Origin: an uncultured Oscillospiraceae bacterium
GTDB lineage: Bacteria; Bacillota; Clostridia; Oscillospirales; Acutalibacteraceae
Direction of reading: 5' to 3'
DNA length: 28,328 nt
NCBI GenBank assembly: GCA_900554775.1
Contig: USIK01000001.1
Coordinates: forward strand, 1 to 28,328
The notes beneath the pieces were generated by a model. It saw only the letters and a list, made by a program, of their open reading frames with translations, was not told where the DNA came from and made no database searches. Below are positions 1 to 11,736 of the stretch, one piece after another. Each line of letters begins with the position of its first letter. The stretch's first letter is position 1. The translations under genes were made by a program, and so were the position numbers.

Positions 1-688
1 CTTGGGCTTGATTTTCGGTCTCATTAATCTTTTGAGAAATAAATATTCCCGCAACAGAGCTGGCAAAGCAAAGCAAAGGAATAATCCAAAGCATTTCTTT
101 GAAGTTCGAGCCGCTCGGATTACCAAGAAGGTTTATCCCGCAGAAGTTAAACCCTGTGCTGTATTCTTCAACATCAGCGAACTCTTCTTTGCTAAGCTCC
201 TCGCCAAGGTAACCTTTAAAGTTTTCGAAGTGCCTTACGATTTGAAGCTCTTCGTAAGGAGGTTTGATTTTTCCTTCTTCTTTCAAAGTGGAAACAATCG
301 AAGTAACTTTATCTTGAGGGATATGAAGTGTGTTGTGAAGAGGCCTTGCGATTGCACCGAAGACTCCGCCCCAAATCAAAAGCGGAAGAATCATCGTCGT
401 AAAACAACCTGCCATTGGGTCAACGCCCTCTTTTTCATAAAGAAGAGCTTTTTCTTCGTTATATTTTCTGGGGTTTTTCTCATATTTCTTCCTGAGTTCT
501 GCGTCTTTTGCGCTAAGCCTTGAAGTCAGAGCCATGTTTTTCTGCCTTTTAATGGTAAAAGGAAGCATGACCAAGTTTATAACCAGCGCAAAAAGAGTTA
601 TTGCAACTGCATAGTTGCTAACTGCATCAAAGAAAAACCACAAAAGATAGCCGGATATATTTCCAAAAAAATCAAATATAAATCCCAA
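1..688 (-). CDS. yidC: Membrane protein insertase YidC/Oxa1 family (partial; 3' end beyond window start)
   Basis: Not in the ORF track. Manual minus-strand translation from TTG at 688 (AAAGGAG RBS upstream) gives MGFIFDFFGNISGYLLWFFFDAVSNYAVAITLFALVINLVMLPFTIKRQK...LYEKEGVDPMAGCFTTMILPLLIW. This matches YidC TM1, the coiled-coil and the 'NP..GC.P' motif. Canonical position after rnpA-yidD. Confidence 0.9.
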   Translation of the reverse strand, partial: MGFIFDFFGNISGYLLWFFFDAVSNYAVAITLFALVINLVMLPFTIKRQKNMALTSRLSAKDAELRKKYEKNPRKYNEEKALLYEKEGVDPMAGCFTTMILPLLIWGGVFGAIARPLHNTLHIPQDKVTSIVSTLKEEGKIKPPYEELQIVRHFENFKGYLGEELSKEEFADVEEYSTGFNFCGINLLGNPSGSNFKEMLWIIPLLCFASSVAGIFISQKINETENQAQ

Positions 689-721
689 AATAAATTCTCC
701 TTTAAAACAAAAATTAAAGCT

Positions 722-937
722 TTACTTCCGAGGAACCGGGTCGTAACCGCCTTTGCAAAAAGGGTTACACCTTAAAATACGGCAAAATGCCATAAAACCT
801 CCCCGAAAAGCACCAAAACGATCAACCGCTTCAAGCGCATATTCCGAGCATGTGGGAATAAACCTACAGCACGGCTTTTTGAGGGGAGATATAAATTTCA
901 TGTAAAAACGTATTAAACTCATCATCAAAAATTTCAT
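722..937 (-). CDS. yidD: Membrane protein insertion efficiency factor YidD
   Basis: Motifs [19 protein letters not shown] and [17 protein letters not shown]. Lies between rnpA and yidC, with an ATGA overlap with rnpA. Confidence 0.95.
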   Translation of the reverse strand: MKFLMMSLIRFYMKFISPLKKPCCRFIPTCSEYALEAVDRFGAFRGGFMAFCRILRCNPFCKGGYDPVPRK

Positions 938-1269
938 TTAATTAAACCTAACTTTTTAAGGTGATGAGCCATTTCTTTCGAAGCATCATAGCTTTTGGCA
1001 AGAGGTGTGCCCTTTCTTGCAACGAAAACTATGTCAAAATTCCCGGCTAAATTTTCGTTTAAACCGGCAAAAGAGGCTCTTAAAATTCTTCTTGCACGAT
1101 TTCTTTTAACGGCGTTCCCTATTTTTTTGCTCGTTGTTATTCCCACACGGTTAAAACCACATCTGTTTTTTAAAATGTATGTAACAAGAAGTGGCGAGGA
1201 CGCATATTTTCCTTTGCAATACACCCGCCTAAAATCTTGATTTCTATTTAGAGACACCGTTTTTTTCAT
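934..1269 (-). CDS. rnpA: Ribonuclease P protein component
   Basis: [21 protein letters not shown] (RNR motif). Position directly after rpmH. Confidence 0.96.
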   Translation of the reverse strand: MKKTVSLNRNQDFRRVYCKGKYASSPLLVTYILKNRCGFNRVGITTSKKIGNAVKRNRARRILRASFAGLNENLAGNFDIVFVARKGTPLAKSYDASKEMAHHLKKLGLIK

Positions 1270-1363
1270 AACAAGCTTCCTTTTTGAGATTAAACTTTAA
1301 AGCAAAACCTCCGAACCTCAAAAAACGAGAGCAAAGCTCCCGAGCGCCAACTGCGCAAAAAAA

Positions 1364-1498
1364 TTAGTAAGAAAGTCTTTTTCTTCTCTTAGCTCTTCTT
1401 CTTGCAAGAACTTTAATCCCGTTGCGTGTTGACATTCTTTTTCTGAAGCCGTGTTCTTTTTTTCTGTGGATTTTCTTAGGTTGATATGTTCTTTTCAT
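1364..1498 (-). CDS. rpmH: 50S ribosomal protein L34
   Basis: Below the ORF-track cutoff. Manual translation: [44 protein letters not shown] (44 aa), with GGAGG RBS upstream. Divergent from dnaA. Confidence 0.97.
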   Translation of the reverse strand: MKRTYQPKKIHRKKEHGFRKRMSTRNGIKVLARRRAKRRKRLSY

Positions 1499-1529
1499 TG
1501 AATTTTTCCTCCCGGATTATTTATTATCT

Positions 1530-1538
1530 TTATTCACA
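1530..1538 (+). promoter_or_regulatory. DnaA box upstream of dnaA
   Basis: TTATTCACA matches the TTATNCACA consensus, in the rpmH-dnaA intergenic region. Confidence 0.7.
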
Positions 1539-1591
1539 ATTTAAATTTCATGACTTTAAAAAGACATAAAAATTTTGTGTCATCAAAAATA

Positions 1592-1620
1592 AGTATATAA
1601 CTTAAAGGTCCTCCTGTCAA
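1592..1620 (-). promoter_or_regulatory. Sigma-A promoter for the rpmH-rnpA-yidD-yidC operon
   Basis: Minus strand reads TTGACA-N17-TATACT, about 95 bp upstream of rpmH. Confidence 0.75.
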
Positions 1621-1655
1621 CTAGTTTTTGAGTAAATTTAACTTTAAACATACTA

Positions 1656-1686
1656 TGTTGAAAACTTTCGTAAAATCTGGTATAAT
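1656..1686 (+). promoter_or_regulatory. Sigma-A promoter for dnaA, with a DnaA-box-like site overlapping the -35
   Basis: TTGAAA(1658-1663)-N17-TATAAT(1681-1686) with extended -10 TG at 1678-1679. TGTTGAAAA (1656-1664) is the reverse complement of TTTTCAACA, the box variant repeated in oriC. Confidence 0.7.
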
Positions 1687-1775
1687 TACTACTATTATCA
1701 TAAAATGGCGGAATTTTTGCTTTGAAGCAAAAATTCCAAGAAAAAATTTTAAAAGTTCGGAGGATATAATTTTTT

Positions 1776-3092
1776 ATGAACTCTTTCAATGAAGCATGGG
1801 ACCTTATATGCGAGTTCTGCAAAACCAAAATAACCGGCGTCGCATACAAGACATGGATTGATAGAATAGAGCCCGTTGAACTTGACTTTGAAAAAGGCAA
1901 AGCAGTTTTAATGGCGCCAAACGAATTCCACAGGCAAACGCTGACTAAATGCTATCTTGGGCTTATCAACAGTGCATTTTCGGAAATTTTTGGTTCGGGA
2001 ATAGACATTTGTTTTATAATCCCCGAAGAACTCAAAGACCCAAACAAAAAAAGCGACCAAAACCTGGCAATAGACTCAAGGTATGAGTTTACTTTCGACA
2101 CATACATAGTTGGCTCTTCAAACAAATTTGCTCACGCTGCAGCTTTGGCAGTTGCCGCAAACCCAGCAGGAGCCTACAACCCTCTTTTCATTTATGGAAA
2201 CTCAGGTCTTGGCAAAACGCATCTTCTTTATGCAATCGCAAATGATGTTAAAAAATCAAATTCAAGCAAAGTGTGCCTTTACATCAAAGGCGACGACTTC
2301 ACAAACCAGCTGATTGATTCAATCAGAAATAACTCCATGACTGAATTTCATCAAAAATACAGAGAAGCCGACGTTCTTTTAGTCGATGATATTCAGTTCA
2401 TCGCAGGAAAAGACTCCACTCAGGAAGAATTTTTCCACACTTTCAACTCGCTTTATGAAGCTAAAAAGCAAATAGTTTTAACGTCGGACAGGCCCCCGAA
2501 AGAAATCCAAACCCTTGAAGATAGGCTCAGAACCCGCTTTGAATGGGGCTTGATAGCTGATATTCAGCCGCCTGATTTCGAAACAAGAATCGCAATAATC
2601 AAGCGCAAAGCAGAGCTTCTTCAAATAAAACTTCCAAACGAAGTTTGCGAATACATAGCTAAAAAGCTCAAAACTAACATTCGCCAACTCGAAGGAGCAG
2701 TTAAAAAAATTAAAGCTCACCACCTTCTCGGCGGAGAACCAATGGGCATTCAAACAGCTCAAATGGCTATTTCAGATATACTTAATAACGACCAGCCACC
2801 TCCGATAACCATTGAAAAAATAATAAACGAAGTCGCAAGAACACTCGGAGTTTCACCGCAAGATATCAAATCTTCAAAAAGATCAGCTTCAATCTCAAAT
2901 GCACGCCAAATTTCAATGTATATCGTAAGAGAAATCACCCAGCTTCCGCTCGTTACTATCGGCGATCATTTTGGCGGAAGAGACCACTCTACAATCGTTT
3001 ATGCTCTTCAACAAGTTGAGAAAAACCTCACAAAAGACCAAAAAACAAAGGCTATGGTTGAAGACATAATAAAAAATATAAGAGATAGCTGA
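1776..3092 (+). CDS. dnaA: Chromosomal replication initiator protein DnaA
   Basis: Walker A YNPLFIYGNSGLGKTHL, LLVDDIQF, QEEFFHTFN, RLRTRFEWGL, domain IV GGRDHST. Confidence 0.99.
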   Translation: MNSFNEAWDLICEFCKTKITGVAYKTWIDRIEPVELDFEKGKAVLMAPNEFHRQTLTKCYLGLINSAFSEIFGSGIDICFIIPEELKDPNKKSDQNLAIDSRYEFTFDTYIVGSSNKFAHAAALAVAANPAGAYNPLFIYGNSGLGKTHLLYAIANDVKKSNSSKVCLYIKGDDFTNQLIDSIRNNSMTEFHQKYREADVLLVDDIQFIAGKDSTQEEFFHTFNSLYEAKKQIVLTSDRPPKEIQTLEDRLRTRFEWGLIADIQPPDFETRIAIIKRKAELLQIKLPNEVCEYIAKKLKTNIRQLEGAVKKIKAHHLLGGEPMGIQTAQMAISDILNNDQPPPITIEKIINEVARTLGVSPQDIKSSKRSASISNARQISMYIVREITQLPLVTIGDHFGGRDHSTIVYALQQVEKNLTKDQKTKAMVEDIIKNIRDS

Positions 3093-3139
3093 TAAAAGGC
3101 GCTTAACCCCCTTGCCGAACTTAGGATTTTTACAGTTAA

Positions 3140-3345
3140 AATTTTCTCAACAACTTTTCAACATTCAACACAAAGTTTTCAACAATTTTGTGAAAATGAA
3201 AAAGTTGTCCACATTTTCTCACAAACTGTCAACAATATTTCAACACGAGAAATTAACACCTAAAACAAGCTGTATTCGGCATATTTAACTAAGTTCAACT
3301 TTTCCACAGCCCCTACTACTACTACTAAATAAATATATTATGTAG
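3140..3345. other. Replication origin oriC: DnaA-box cluster, DnaA-trios and AT-rich unwinding region
   Basis: Box-like 9-mers: TTCTCAACA 3144, TTTTCAACA 3155 and 3176, TTGTCCACA 3205, TTTCTCACA 3215, CTGTCAACA 3226, ATTTCAACA 3237, TTTTCCACA 3300. The last box is followed by GCCC, (CTA)x5 at 3313-3327 and an AT-rich tract. This is the box/GC-motif/DnaA-trio layout known from Bacillus subtilis incC. Confidence 0.9.
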
Positions 3346-3385
3346 AAAACTCGGGCTGAAAAACTTTCAAAAAAGGATTGATTCA

Positions 3386-4501
3386 ATGAAATTTAAATGT
3401 GGAAAACTTCAACTTGCGAATTCACTTACTAGTGTTCAAAAAGCTGTTGCACAAAGATCACCCATTGCAGCACTTGAAGGAGTTCTAATAACTTGCAAAG
3501 AAGGAACTATAAAACTTTGTGGATACAACACCGAAATGGGAATCACAACTTCTTTGCAAGCTACCACGGAAAAGGAAGGCCAAATTGTGATTAGCGGTCA
3601 CCTTTTAACTGAAATTATAAAAAAGCTCCCTTCAGACATGGTTGAAATTGAAGTAAGCGAAAACTTGCTTGTAAAAATTTCAGGCGGACAAAGCCATTTT
3701 GAACTAATAGGAATAGACGCAAAAGAATTCCCCACTCTACCAGAAATATCAGGTAAAGAAAGCCTGAGAATACCAATAAACACCTTAAGGAGCATGATAA
3801 AACAAACTATTTTTGCGGTAGCAGACACTGATTCTAAACCAGTTCACACAGGAACATTATTTGATGTTAAAGGCAAAACCTTAACTTTAGTTTCAGTAGA
3901 TGGCTACAGGTTAGCAATAAGAAAAGAGCCTATTGACTCAGACTTAGAGTTCAAATTCGTAGTTCCAGGGAAAACGCTTAAAGAAGTTTTAAGGCTTCTT
4001 CCGCAAAGCGCTGAAGACAGCGAAACCATAGAAATATCAACCGGCATGAGGCACATTGCCTTTTACATTGGCGAATACACCATTATTTCAAGGCTTCTTG
4101 AAGGAGAATTCCTTGATTATAAAGCCGCTGTTCCGCAAACTGCTAGCTCAAAAATAAAGATTTCAACAATAGATTTAGTCGACAGCATTGAAAGAGTTTC
4201 GCTCCTCATAACTGACAGACTAAAAAGTCCTGTGAGATGCAATTTTTCAAAGAATTCAACTCATCTTTCTTGCACAACCTTAGTCGGTAAATCAAGCGAT
4301 GAAATCGCCTGCACAAGCGACATTTCTGAGGATATAGAAACGGCATTTAATAACAAATATATGCTCGATGCACTTAAAAATACGGATTGCGACGAAATAG
4401 AAATTCAAGTAAGCGGACCTTTAAGCCCAATAAAGATCGTCCCTCAGCAAGGAAACTCGTTTTTATTTCTGGTGTTGCCGGTGAGGGTTAAATCAGAATA
4501 A
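3386..4501 (+). CDS. dnaN: DNA polymerase III beta sliding clamp
   Basis: 371 aa downstream of dnaA. Motifs VSVDGYRLA, SRLLEGEFLDY, FNNKYMLDAL, C-terminal LVLPVR. Confidence 0.98.
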   Translation: MKFKCGKLQLANSLTSVQKAVAQRSPIAALEGVLITCKEGTIKLCGYNTEMGITTSLQATTEKEGQIVISGHLLTEIIKKLPSDMVEIEVSENLLVKISGGQSHFELIGIDAKEFPTLPEISGKESLRIPINTLRSMIKQTIFAVADTDSKPVHTGTLFDVKGKTLTLVSVDGYRLAIRKEPIDSDLEFKFVVPGKTLKEVLRLLPQSAEDSETIEISTGMRHIAFYIGEYTIISRLLEGEFLDYKAAVPQTASSKIKISTIDLVDSIERVSLLITDRLKSPVRCNFSKNSTHLSCTTLVGKSSDEIACTSDISEDIETAFNNKYMLDALKNTDCDEIEIQVSGPLSPIKIVPQQGNSFLFLVLPVRVKSE

Positions 4502-4530
4502 TCAGATATGTGCAAAAACAAAAACAAATG

Positions 4531-4539
4531 TGATATAAT
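4531..4539 (+). promoter_or_regulatory. Possible extended -10 internal promoter for recF
   Basis: TGATATAAT (TGn-TATAAT) 18 bp before the recF ATG. Only a weak -35 (GTGCAA) upstream. Confidence 0.45.
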
Positions 4540-4557
4540 AAACACGGTGACGCTTTA

Positions 4558-5670
4558 ATGAAAATTTCGAAATTAGACATCAAAAATTACAGGAATTTAA
4601 GCGGAAATTCTTTTGATTTCGACGATAAAGTGAACTACATCTATGGCCAAAACGCCCAAGGTAAAACCAACCTTCTTGAAGCAATTTGGATGTTCACCGG
4701 GGCAAGGTCATTCAGGAAAACAAAAGACGCCGACCTTATAAAATTCGGTGAAAGCAGTGCTAAGCTTGACGGCAGTTTTTTTCTTGAAAAAAGAGAGCAA
4801 AAAATTTCCGTAAATTTTGCCGAAGGTAATAGAAAAATCTTTTTAAACGGGATTGCTAAAAAATACCCTACCGAGATGATTGGCAAATTCAGGACGGTTC
4901 TTTTTACGCCACTTCATCTTTCGCTCATAAAAGATGGCCCTGATAACCGAAGGAAATTCCTTGATGCTGCAATTTGCCAGCTGGAGCCTTCTTTCACAAA
5001 GCTAATGATAGGTTATAGCCAAAGCCTGAAGCAAAGAAATGCACTTTTAAGACTGATGATTAAAAAGCAAATTTTCAGCGAACCTTCACTCGAAATTTGG
5101 GATTCAAAACTTGCTTCCTTTGGAGCGAAAATAATCAAAATGAGAATAAACTATCTTTCGAAGCTTAAAATCGAAGCTGAAAATTCTTATTTTGAAATCT
5201 CAAAAGGCAAAGAAACCCTAGGGTTAGACTATGTTTCAACGGTTTGCAAGAATGAAGCTTTGCTTGATGATGAAAAAGCCTTGGAAGAAAGTTTTTTAAC
5301 TCGGCTTAAAGATTCAAAAAGCTCAGATTTAAAGCAAGGTTTCACAACTGCTGGGCCTCACAAAGATGACCTTGAAATTTTGCTTGGTGGCAAAAGCATT
5401 AAGCACTTCGGTTCGCAAGGGCAGCAGCGCTCTGCGGTTTTGGCTCTTAAAATAGCTGAGGCTTCAGTGCTTGAAGAAAGCATCTGTGAGCCACCTGTGA
5501 TTTTGCTTGATGATGTTATGAGTGAACTTGATGAATACCGCCAAAAATACGTTATGAGTAGGCTCGGAAACGGCCAAACATTCATAACTGGGTGCGACAA
5601 AGATTTGATTAAATATTTCGGTAGTGCAAGCGTTTTTCACATCAAAAACGGAGGGCTTGAAAATGGCTAA
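4558..5670 (+). CDS. recF: DNA replication/repair protein RecF
   Basis: Walker A GQNAQGKTNLLEAI, GPHKDDL, GSQGQQRS, LLDDVMSELD. Confidence 0.98.
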   Translation: MKISKLDIKNYRNLSGNSFDFDDKVNYIYGQNAQGKTNLLEAIWMFTGARSFRKTKDADLIKFGESSAKLDGSFFLEKREQKISVNFAEGNRKIFLNGIAKKYPTEMIGKFRTVLFTPLHLSLIKDGPDNRRKFLDAAICQLEPSFTKLMIGYSQSLKQRNALLRLMIKKQIFSEPSLEIWDSKLASFGAKIIKMRINYLSKLKIEAENSYFEISKGKETLGLDYVSTVCKNEALLDDEKALEESFLTRLKDSKSSDLKQGFTTAGPHKDDLEILLGGKSIKHFGSQGQQRSAVLALKIAEASVLEESICEPPVILLDDVMSELDEYRQKYVMSRLGNGQTFITGCDKDLIKYFGSASVFHIKNGGLENG

Positions 5671-5950
5671 AAACAGCAAGAATTCTTACCTTCACATTGG
5701 CGGAGATGCGGTTGTGAGTGAAAACGAAATCGTGGGGATATTCGACGTTGACAAGATAACGGTTTTCAAAGTTAACAGGGACTATTTGTCAAATGCTGAG
5801 AAAAGTGGTAAAATCATCAGTGTAACTCAAGATTTACCTAAATCATGCGTTGTTTGCTGCGAAAGCGGCGAATACTCAGAAAAGGTTTTTTTAAGCCCGC
5901 TTTTAACTTCTACTCTTTTTAAACGAAGTGCAGTAAAAGCTTTGGAATAA
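5663..5950 (+). CDS. remB: DUF370 / RemB (YaaB)-family protein
   Basis: Start placed at ATG 5663 after a GGAGG RBS. Motifs YLHIGGDAVV..EIVGIFD, PKSCVV, LSPLLTSTLFKR. Typical position between recF and gyrB. Confidence 0.85.
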   Translation: MAKNSKNSYLHIGGDAVVSENEIVGIFDVDKITVFKVNRDYLSNAEKSGKIISVTQDLPKSCVVCCESGEYSEKVFLSPLLTSTLFKRSAVKALE

Positions 5951-5976
5951 AAGTTAATTTTGGAGGTGAACGGTAT

Positions 5977-6372
5977 ATGTCTTCAAATTTTCAATTGCCC
6001 CATTGCCCCTATTGCGGTACTAAGCTTTTTTATGTTGAAGCTCTTACGGCAAGAAACCGCAGCAAATTTAAGTGTTCTTGCTGCAAAAGAAAATCAGAAG
6101 TTACTCTCGAACCGCTTATCTTTAAGCTCCTTGGAGCAGTAGAGCTGATGTCGCTTATTGTATTCATTTTAGTAATGTTCCTTGGATGCAAGTTTTGCCT
6201 GCTGGGCCTTATTTTTATAATCTCAGTGTTCGGAGCGTTTTATTTTATTTCCCCGCTTCTTATGCTTTTAAGACCCATGAAAACTCAAGGCAAAAAGAAA
6301 AAACAAACCGAGAAACCCAAAAAAGAGCAAGTGACTACTGAAGTTTCAAAAGAAGAAATTTTCAGCGATTAA
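5977..6372 (+). CDS. Zn-ribbon membrane protein (CxxC-x19-CxxC plus two TM helices), function unknown
   Basis: GGAGG RBS. CPYC...CSCC, two hydrophobic segments and a Lys/Glu-rich tail. Confidence 0.75.
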   Translation: MSSNFQLPHCPYCGTKLFYVEALTARNRSKFKCSCCKRKSEVTLEPLIFKLLGAVELMSLIVFILVMFLGCKFCLLGLIFIISVFGAFYFISPLLMLLRPMKTQGKKKKQTEKPKKEQVTTEVSKEEIFSD

Positions 6373-6383
6373 ATTTTTTATAA

Positions 6384-8330
<1,947 letters not shown>

Positions 8331-8363
8331 TTTCATATTTATGATATAAATATGTGTTAGATA

Positions 8364-8392
8364 TTGAGTTTTATTTAATCAAGATGTATAAT
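8364..8392 (+). promoter_or_regulatory. Sigma-A promoter upstream of the YcxB-like gene and gyrA
   Basis: TTGAGT-N17-TATAAT, followed by an AGGAGG RBS before ATG 8425. Confidence 0.65.
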
Positions 8393-8424
8393 AAAACAAA
8401 TTTAAATGATTTTTAGGAGGAAAA

Positions 8425-9117
8425 ATGGATAATGATTCGAGTCCTAAGCCTGGGGGCTGGGGAAAAAGTGATTTTGAAGAAAAAGTAAACGGCTTGGAAG
8501 AAAGTAACGATGATTTTTCGTTATCTGACAGCGATTTCGAAGATGATGACGACGAATATCAAGGGTGCGAAAATGAAGCTGAAGTTGTTGCTGATGAAAA
8601 CCCTGAGGAGTACAAAGAAAGTGCTACAGGGATTAAAATTAAGTATGATTTGATGAAAAAAGATGTTGAGAAATTCATTCGTCACAATGAGGTTTACAGA
8701 GAACAAAAGAAAATTCGCATAAAATATGTGATCGTTCAGCTGGTCTTCTTGCTAATTCTCAGTTTGATGGCTGCAATCAGCGGTTCTTCATATTACGTTT
8801 TTATGGCTGGTGTACCATTTTTTGCGCTTGTCATGATTCAGCTTGTGTCATTTGTAAATTTGAGATTTTATTCTAAAAAATTATTGAAAGATAGGCATTT
8901 CACGGTGGATATATTCCCCAGTCGCCTTGAAATTGAAACCGAACACAGAAAAAGTGTTATACATCTTGACGGGACCTACAAATGCGAAGAACGCGACGAT
9001 TTAATAATCGTTTCTAAACCCGGCCAGAGAGGAATTATCATCCCTTTGAGAGCGGCCCACCCTGATGTTCGCCCGGAAATCGAGGCGATGATACTTTCGG
9101 GTTGCAACCGAGTTTAG
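8425..9117 (+). CDS. YcxB-like membrane protein with an acidic N-terminal extension
   Basis: Acidic, low-complexity first ~60 aa. Two adjacent TM helices. C-terminal YKCEERDDLIIV...IIIPLRA resembles the YcxB-like C-terminal motif. Confidence 0.6.
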   Translation: MDNDSSPKPGGWGKSDFEEKVNGLEESNDDFSLSDSDFEDDDDEYQGCENEAEVVADENPEEYKESATGIKIKYDLMKKDVEKFIRHNEVYREQKKIRIKYVIVQLVFLLILSLMAAISGSSYYVFMAGVPFFALVMIQLVSFVNLRFYSKKLLKDRHFTVDIFPSRLEIETEHRKSVIHLDGTYKCEERDDLIIVSKPGQRGIIIPLRAAHPDVRPEIEAMILSGCNRV

Positions 9118-9183
9118 TTAGCACAAAAATTTAGCTTTCGTGCGGCTTTGCGGCTTGCACAAGCGATTTTAGGAGAGTACTAA

Positions 9184-11664
9184 ATGGATAATCAAACAGA
9201 CGATATAAAGTCTTCAAAAATTATAGATGTAGACCTCGAAAAAGAAATGAAAAAATCCTTTTTGGATTATTCTATGTCTGTAATAGTTGCAAGGGCGCTT
9301 CCTGACGTTAGAGACGGCCTCAAGCCTGTTCACAGAAGGATTCTTTATGCGCTTTTTGAAGATAATTTAGGGCCGAATAAGCCTTACAGAAAATGCGCAA
9401 ACGTTGTTGGTGCGGTTCTTGGTAGATATCATCCGCACGGCGATGCTTCGGTTTATGACGCTTTGGTGCGTCTTGCGCAAGATTACTCGATGAGATATAT
9501 GCTCGTTGATGGCCACGGAAACTTCGGCTCCATAGACGGCGACCCGCCTGCTGCATACAGATATACGGAGTCTAGGATGGGAAAAATCGCTGTTAAAATG
9601 CTTTCGGATATAGACAAAGAAACGGTTGATTTTGTTCCGAACTACGACGACAGGTTAAAAGAGCCAACGGTTCTTCCGTCGCGTTTCCCGAACCTTCTTG
9701 TGAATGGTTCAACGGGAATTGCAGTTGGAATGGCGACTAATATTCCTCCGCACAATATGTGCGAAGTTATTGACGCAATGTGCTACTTGATTGATAACCC
9801 TGAAGCAGAGCTTGCCGACCTTTTGGCTTACATCAAAGGCCCGGACTTCCCAACCGGCGGCATTATCATGGGCAAAGCGGGAATCAGAGCAGCTTATGCA
9901 ACCGGAAGAGGAAAAATTACGGTTCGTGCAAAAACAGAAATAGTTGAAGACAAAAATTCACGTTTCAAAATAATCGTTACCGAGCTTCCCTACCAAGTTA
10001 ACAAAGCTAGGCTGATTGAGAACATCGCAGACATGGTCAAAGAGAAAAGAATCGAAGGAATTTCAAGGATTGAAGACCATTCCGACAGAAAAGGAATGCA
10101 CATTGAAATTGACCTTAAAAAAGATGCTTCACCACAAATCGTTCTTAACAAACTTTTTTCATATTCCCAGCTTCAAACCACGTTTGGCGTTATAATGCTT
10201 GCAATTGTTAACGGTGAGCCGAAAGTTTTGACTTTGAAAGAAGTTTTGGAGCATTACATTAACTTCCAGATTCAAGTGGTCACAAGGAGAACACTTTTCG
10301 AGCTCAGAAAGGCAAAAGAGCGCGCTCATATTCTGGAAGGCCTTAAAACTGCGCTTGATTTCATTGATGAAGTTATCGCTATTTTGAAAGCTGCGAAATC
10401 AGTTCAAGAAGGCCGCGAAAAACTCTCAGAAAGATTTGGCCTTGACGAAATTCAAACTCAAGCGATTGTTCAGATGCCTCTCGGAAGGCTCACAGGTCTT
10501 GAAAGACACAAAATTGAAGATGAACTCAAAGAGCTTGAAATCAAAATTGCCGATTACAACGACATTCTTTCGCATGAATCAAGAGTAAGAGACATTATTA
10601 AAACCGAAGCTCTTGACGTTAAAAAGCAATTTGGTGATGAAAGAAGAACTGAAATTTTGAATGTTAGCGGGGAAGTTGACATTGAAGATTTAATCCCAAA
10701 AGAAGACTGCGCTTTAACCCTCACCCACTTTGGCTACGTTAAAAGGCAAAGCCTCGAAAGCTACCGTTTGCAACGCCGTGGCGGAAGAGGAGTTTCAGGC
10801 ATGACAAGGCGCGACGAAGACACAGTCAGCGAGCTGTTTATTATCAACAGCCATGATTACATTCTGTTCTTCACCAACCGCGGTAAAGTTTACAGGGTTA
10901 AATGCTATGAAATCCCAGAGGGTTCAAGAACTTCAAAAGGCACTAATGTGGCTAATATCCTGCCGATTTCTTCGGATGAAAAAGTAACTTCGATGATAAA
11001 AGTAACAAAGTTCGAAGAGGATAAATATCTTGTTATGATAACCAAAAACGGCGTTATTAAGAGGACTTCTCTCACGTCTTTCGACAGCTCAAGAAAAGGC
11101 GGTTTGGTTGCGCTTGACCTCGATGAAGGTGACGAGCTTTCTTGGGTGCGCTTGACTGACGGAACAAAGAACCTACTCGTTGCAACCAAAAAAGGCAAAT
11201 GCATAAGGTTCCTTGAAACTGATATCAGAGCCGTTGGAAGAAGCGCAAGAGGCGTTAGAGCCGTTAGACTCGGCGAAAATGACAGCGTTGTGGGAATGAT
11301 AGTTGTTGACGAAGATAAAAATATTCTCACCGTTTCTGAAACAGGTTTCGGAAGACTTTCAAGCCCAGATGATTACAAAATTCAGTCAAGAAGCGGCAAA
11401 GGAATTCTTAACTATTACACCGAAAAATACGGTGATGTTGCTTCGATTAACACCGTTGGCGAAGATGATGACGTTATTCTTATTTCCGATAACGGCGTTA
11501 TCATCAGGATTGAAGGAAGCAGCATAAGAAAATGCCTCAGGCCTTCAAAAGGAGTAGTTTTGATGAAAGTTTCAAACGATTTCAAAGTTGTTGCTACTGC
11601 TTGCGTGCCGCATGAAGAACCTGATGAAAAAGAAGAAACAGAAACTAAAGAGGAAGAACAATAA
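9184..11664 (+). CDS. gyrA: DNA gyrase subunit A
   Basis: RALPDVRDGLKPVHRR, YHPHGD, catalytic AAYRYTE, GyrA-box QRRGGRG. Confidence 0.99.
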   Translation: MDNQTDDIKSSKIIDVDLEKEMKKSFLDYSMSVIVARALPDVRDGLKPVHRRILYALFEDNLGPNKPYRKCANVVGAVLGRYHPHGDASVYDALVRLAQDYSMRYMLVDGHGNFGSIDGDPPAAYRYTESRMGKIAVKMLSDIDKETVDFVPNYDDRLKEPTVLPSRFPNLLVNGSTGIAVGMATNIPPHNMCEVIDAMCYLIDNPEAELADLLAYIKGPDFPTGGIIMGKAGIRAAYATGRGKITVRAKTEIVEDKNSRFKIIVTELPYQVNKARLIENIADMVKEKRIEGISRIEDHSDRKGMHIEIDLKKDASPQIVLNKLFSYSQLQTTFGVIMLAIVNGEPKVLTLKEVLEHYINFQIQVVTRRTLFELRKAKERAHILEGLKTALDFIDEVIAILKAAKSVQEGREKLSERFGLDEIQTQAIVQMPLGRLTGLERHKIEDELKELEIKIADYNDILSHESRVRDIIKTEALDVKKQFGDERRTEILNVSGEVDIEDLIPKEDCALTLTHFGYVKRQSLESYRLQRRGGRGVSGMTRRDEDTVSELFIINSHDYILFFTNRGKVYRVKCYEIPEGSRTSKGTNVANILPISSDEKVTSMIKVTKFEEDKYLVMITKNGVIKRTSLTSFDSSRKGGLVALDLDEGDELSWVRLTDGTKNLLVATKKGKCIRFLETDIRAVGRSARGVRAVRLGENDSVVGMIVVDEDKNILTVSETGFGRLSSPDDYKIQSRSGKGILNYYTEKYGDVASINTVGEDDDVILISDNGVIIRIEGSSIRKCLRPSKGVVLMKVSNDFKVVATACVPHEEPDEKEETETKEEEQ

Positions 11665-11669
11665 TTTTT

Positions 11670-11708
11670 TTCAAGGTCACCGAAAACCGGTGGCTTTGAA
11701 TTGTTTTT
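11670..11708 (+). terminator. Intrinsic terminator after gyrA
   Basis: Hairpin TTCAAGGTCACCG-AAAAC-CGGTGGCTTTGAA (two G-U pairs) followed by TTGTTTTT. Confidence 0.7.
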
Positions 11709-11736
11709 AAGCTTGCGCATTAAATAAAACTTTGGA

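Noticed and set aside
2..523. 173-aa plus-strand ORF in the track
   Set aside because: Antisense shadow of yidC, which is the recognisable reading on the minus strand.
3140..3330. Repeated TTCAACA units and (CTA)5 as a CRISPR array or microsatellite
   Set aside because: The units are 9-mers without 30-40 bp spacers and no cas genes are present. Position and layout fit DnaA boxes and DnaA-trios.
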